From IMG/VR virus record IMGVR_UViG_2734482541_000013: 9,753 nucleotides of DNA. The stretch is one strand, 5' to 3'. The notes under the pieces were generated by a model that saw nothing but the letters and a program-made list of their open reading frames with translations, did not search any database and had not been told where the DNA came from. A program made the translations under genes and the position numbers. This DNA is from a virus. Its lineage: Duplodnaviria; Heunggongvirae; Uroviricota; Caudoviricetes. Below, in pieces: positions 7,698 through 9,753 of the stretch (its first letter is position 1; every line of letters starts with the position of its first letter).

Positions 7698-8198
7698 ATG
7701 AAAAGAAAATCATTGTCAGACACCGACCTCAACGCCGCCAGAAGACTGAAAGAAATCTGGATGGCAAAGAAATCTCAGTTGGGATTGACTCAGGAACGTG
7801 CGGCGGAAATTATGGGGTTTTCAACACAAGGGGCGGTAAGTCACTACCTAAATGGTCAAACCCCACTAAACCTTGAGGCTGTTCTAAAGTTTGCTGGCTT
7901 ACTGAAAGTTCCCCCTGAGTCAATCAGGCCAGACATGGTAGATTTGCTGCAAATTGCAAGGATGTATTGTCGAGAACCACAGCAAGATAACATAGTCGCA
8001 TTACCAGCAGACACAGAACAAACAGAGGATGAACTACCGTTTGCCGTAGAGCCGATGGAACGAGATTTAATCCATACGTTCAGAGCTTTTCCGAAAGAAG
8101 ATCAAGAACACATGCTTCAGGAGATGAAAGATAAAAAAGAATCAATGGATCGTACGGTTGCGCGGTGGTTAGCTGCACAAAAAGGCCGTCGCGCCTAA
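7698..8198 (+). CDS. CI-like HTH transcriptional repressor (PaaR2-like regulator of the downstream toxin-antitoxin pair)
   Basis: XRE-type HTH LTQERAAEIMGFSTQGAVSHYLNGQ. ATG at 7698 is in frame with the 176-aa six-frame ORF, whose upstream part lacks an RBS. Followed 19 bp later by the antitoxin gene. Confidence 0.7.
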   Translation: MKRKSLSDTDLNAARRLKEIWMAKKSQLGLTQERAAEIMGFSTQGAVSHYLNGQTPLNLEAVLKFAGLLKVPPESIRPDMVDLLQIARMYCREPQQDNIVALPADTEQTEDELPFAVEPMERDLIHTFRAFPKEDQEHMLQEMKDKKESMDRTVARWLAAQKGRRA

Positions 8199-8217
8199 AT
8201 CAGAGGAGATATGTAAA

Positions 8218-8412
8218 ATGAGTACAGTCCTTTCCCCAATGGTTTCAGAATTTGAGACAGTTGAGCAAGAAAATAGTTACAACGAATGGCTGCGGGCCAA
8301 AGTAGCAGCAAGCCTCGCGGATCCCCGCCCGGCGATTCCGCATGATGAGGTAATGGCGGAAATGGAACAAATTATTGCCCAAATTGCTGCTGCAACTCAC
8401 AGAGGTGAATAA
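8218..8412 (+). CDS. paaA2: PaaA2-like antitoxin (partner of ParE-family toxin)
   Basis: RBS AGAGGAGA 8-9 nt upstream. The N-terminal 45 aa (SPMVSEFET.EQENSYNEWLRAKVA.SLADPRPAIPHDEV) match my recollection of E. coli O157 PaaA2; the C-terminal tail differs, so the paralog (PaaA1 vs PaaA2) is unresolved. Stop TAA overlaps the toxin ATG (TAATG). Confidence 0.75.
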   Translation: MSTVLSPMVSEFETVEQENSYNEWLRAKVAASLADPRPAIPHDEVMAEMEQIIAQIAAATHRGE

Positions 8413-8702
8413 TGTTACCCGTTTTATGGCTACCATCTGCTCGTGATGATTTGCGCCAGATCGTAGCCTACATAGCTAAAGAAAATCCCGCGGCAGCACG
8501 CAGAATGAAAATTCGAATTGAAACATCCGTTTTGCCGCTCACAGAGCATCCTTACCTGTATCCTCCAAGCGAGCGAGTTCTTGGTCTTCGTGAAATTGTA
8601 ACTCATCCTAACTACATCATCCTTTACCGAGTAACAGCATCAAGCATAGAAGTAGTAAATATTGTGCATTCTCGAAGACAGTATCCAGGCAAAAACAGTT
8701 AA
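8412..8702 (+). CDS. parE2: ParE/RelE-superfamily toxin (ParE2-like)
   Basis: 96-aa ORF, start overlapping the antitoxin stop. Size and sequence character (LPVLWLPSARDDLRQIVAYIAKENPAAA ... IILYRV ... IEVVNIVHSRR) fit ParE-family toxins; operon order regulator-antitoxin-toxin. Confidence 0.75.
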   Translation: MLPVLWLPSARDDLRQIVAYIAKENPAAARRMKIRIETSVLPLTEHPYLYPPSERVLGLREIVTHPNYIILYRVTASSIEVVNIVHSRRQYPGKNS

Positions 8703-8718
8703 TTATTCCCGCCGACAG

Positions 8719-8743
8719 AACCACCTTAGGGTGGTTTTTTCTT
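8719..8743 (+). terminator. Rho-independent terminator downstream of the toxin gene
   Basis: Stem AACCACC (8719-8725), loop TTAG, stem GGTGGTT (8730-8736), followed by a T-run (8735-8740) and CTT; 17 bp after the toxin stop codon. Confidence 0.65.
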
Positions 8744-8758
8744 GCCCCAACAAAAAAC

Positions 8759-8800
8759 AATAACGATGCTATTTACATCAAAAAAAATAATGATGCTATT
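8759..8800. promoter_or_regulatory. OL-like operator pair, probably overlapping an early-left promoter
   Basis: AATAACGATGCTATT (8759-8773) and AATAATGATGCTATT (8786-8800), a 14/15 direct repeat 27 bp apart, matching the repeats at 7623-7662. Confidence 0.45.
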
Positions 8801-8981
8801 GTTTCAGGCGTCAACCCACCCCGCCCCACAGAATGCAGGGCAATACTTCGAGTTACCAGACAGTGGTCAGGGGTTAAGTAGCCAGCCCGAGGCGTAAGAA
8901 CATGACGGCAGGGTTCAATCTTTAACTATGCAGCAGGTTTTTTGTTCCGCCACCCCGGCGTTAAGGGGAAATGAGGTCAGC

Positions 8982-9134
8982 ATGGATACTATCGATCTTG
9001 GCAACAACGAATCTCTGGTGTGCGGCGTGTTCCCTAACCAGGATGGAACGTTTACCGCCATGACGTATACCAAAAGCAAAACGTTTAAAACCGAATCTGG
9101 CGCGCGTTGCTGGTTAGCCAGAAACACTGACTGA
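8982..9134 (+). CDS. Small prophage protein, YdaF/YdfA-like (DUF1391-like)
   Basis: 50-aa ORF MDTIDLGNNESLV... with RBS GAGG 6 nt upstream of ATG 8982. The N-terminus matches my recollection of the small gene next to the repressor in Rac/Qin prophages; family name from memory, not verified. Confidence 0.5.
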   Translation: MDTIDLGNNESLVCGVFPNQDGTFTAMTYTKSKTFKTESGARCWLARNTD

Positions 9135-9511
9135 TGAGGCTGACGATGGAATTTAAAGATTTACCGTCTGATGTACAGAAAACAGCAGCTCATACATTGC
9201 ATTCTGTGCTGCGAGAAATCGGGAAAGATATTGCAAGCGAGCCAGCAAAAGATCTGGCCCGGAAAATCAAGACCGCTTTCGTTGAGCTTTATAATGTTGG
9301 CACTGACTCTGAAACTGTCGAGACCAAGACCGTAAGTTCACCAATATTCTCACTTGAGCCAAGCGTATTATCAGGTGAAATATGCACCGAGATTTCCAGC
9401 GAACTGCTTCCGGTAATACGAGAAGCAATTCGCCGTCGCGGTTTGGATGGAAGTTATGATCATGACGTTCTGCAAGTTCTCAGGACAATGGTGACTTCAC
9501 TGGGGATTTGA
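9134..9511 (+). CDS. Hypothetical prophage early protein
   Basis: ATG 9134 overlaps the previous stop (TGATG). An alternative ATG at 9146 (MEFKD...) has GAGG 8 nt upstream and may be the true start. No motif recognised. Confidence 0.5.
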   Translation: MRLTMEFKDLPSDVQKTAAHTLHSVLREIGKDIASEPAKDLARKIKTAFVELYNVGTDSETVETKTVSSPIFSLEPSVLSGEICTEISSELLPVIREAIRRRGLDGSYDHDVLQVLRTMVTSLGI

Positions 9512-9753
9512 TCCCTGCGTCCTCTAAGCTTTTGATATAGCGGTCCTCCAAGAAGCGGTAAATTTTGTCGAAATCATCTTTTCCCTCTGGTTTATTCAGA
9601 GGATTACAGGACCCGTAAGTAGCGGCATACATTTCAACCGTTTGGTAATGACTCCAACTTATTGATAGTGTTTTATGTTCAGATAATGCCCGATGACTTT
9701 GTCATGCAGCTCCACCGATTTTGAGAACGACAGCGACTTCCGTCCCAGCCGTG

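Noticed and set aside
7694-7876. Alternative-frame 60-aa ORF at the start of the repressor gene
   Set aside because: Overlaps the 167-aa HTH-containing frame, which is clearly the real gene; low-complexity translation.
9659-9751. 30-codon C-terminal fragment of a minus-strand ORF entering from beyond the window
   Set aside because: Too short to assign and no start visible; mentioned in findings but not annotated as a feature.

Overview
This 9.75-kb window reads as the immunity/replication region of a Rac/lambdoid-type enterobacterial prophage carrying two accessory modules. All calls are from reading the sequence and recalled protein motifs; no database searches were run. Minus strand, high to low coordinates: a Cro/YdaS-like HTH regulator (7323..7586), a YdaT-like protein (6901..7326), an O-like replication initiator (5848..6829) containing two phased CGTGAC iteron arrays, a 291-N assembly gap (5557..5847), a DnaC-like helicase loader (4961..5556), three compact hypothetical genes (3362..4939), and then an AT-richer two-gene cassette. 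That cassette is a gamma-class N6-adenine DNA methyltransferase (1315..3147) translationally coupled by an ATGA overlap to a 360-aa partner of unverified function (236..1318). It is the most notable cargo: probably a Type II restriction-modification system, but the partner's nuclease identity is not established. Plus strand, divergent from the cro-like gene: a CI-like HTH repressor (7698..8198), a PaaA2-like antitoxin (8218..8412), a ParE-family toxin (8412..8702), a rho-independent terminator, and two small genes (8982..9511). Four copies of a 15-bp operator-like motif bracket the repressor-toxin/antitoxin operon. I saw no rRNA, tRNA, CRISPR array, transposase or integrase.
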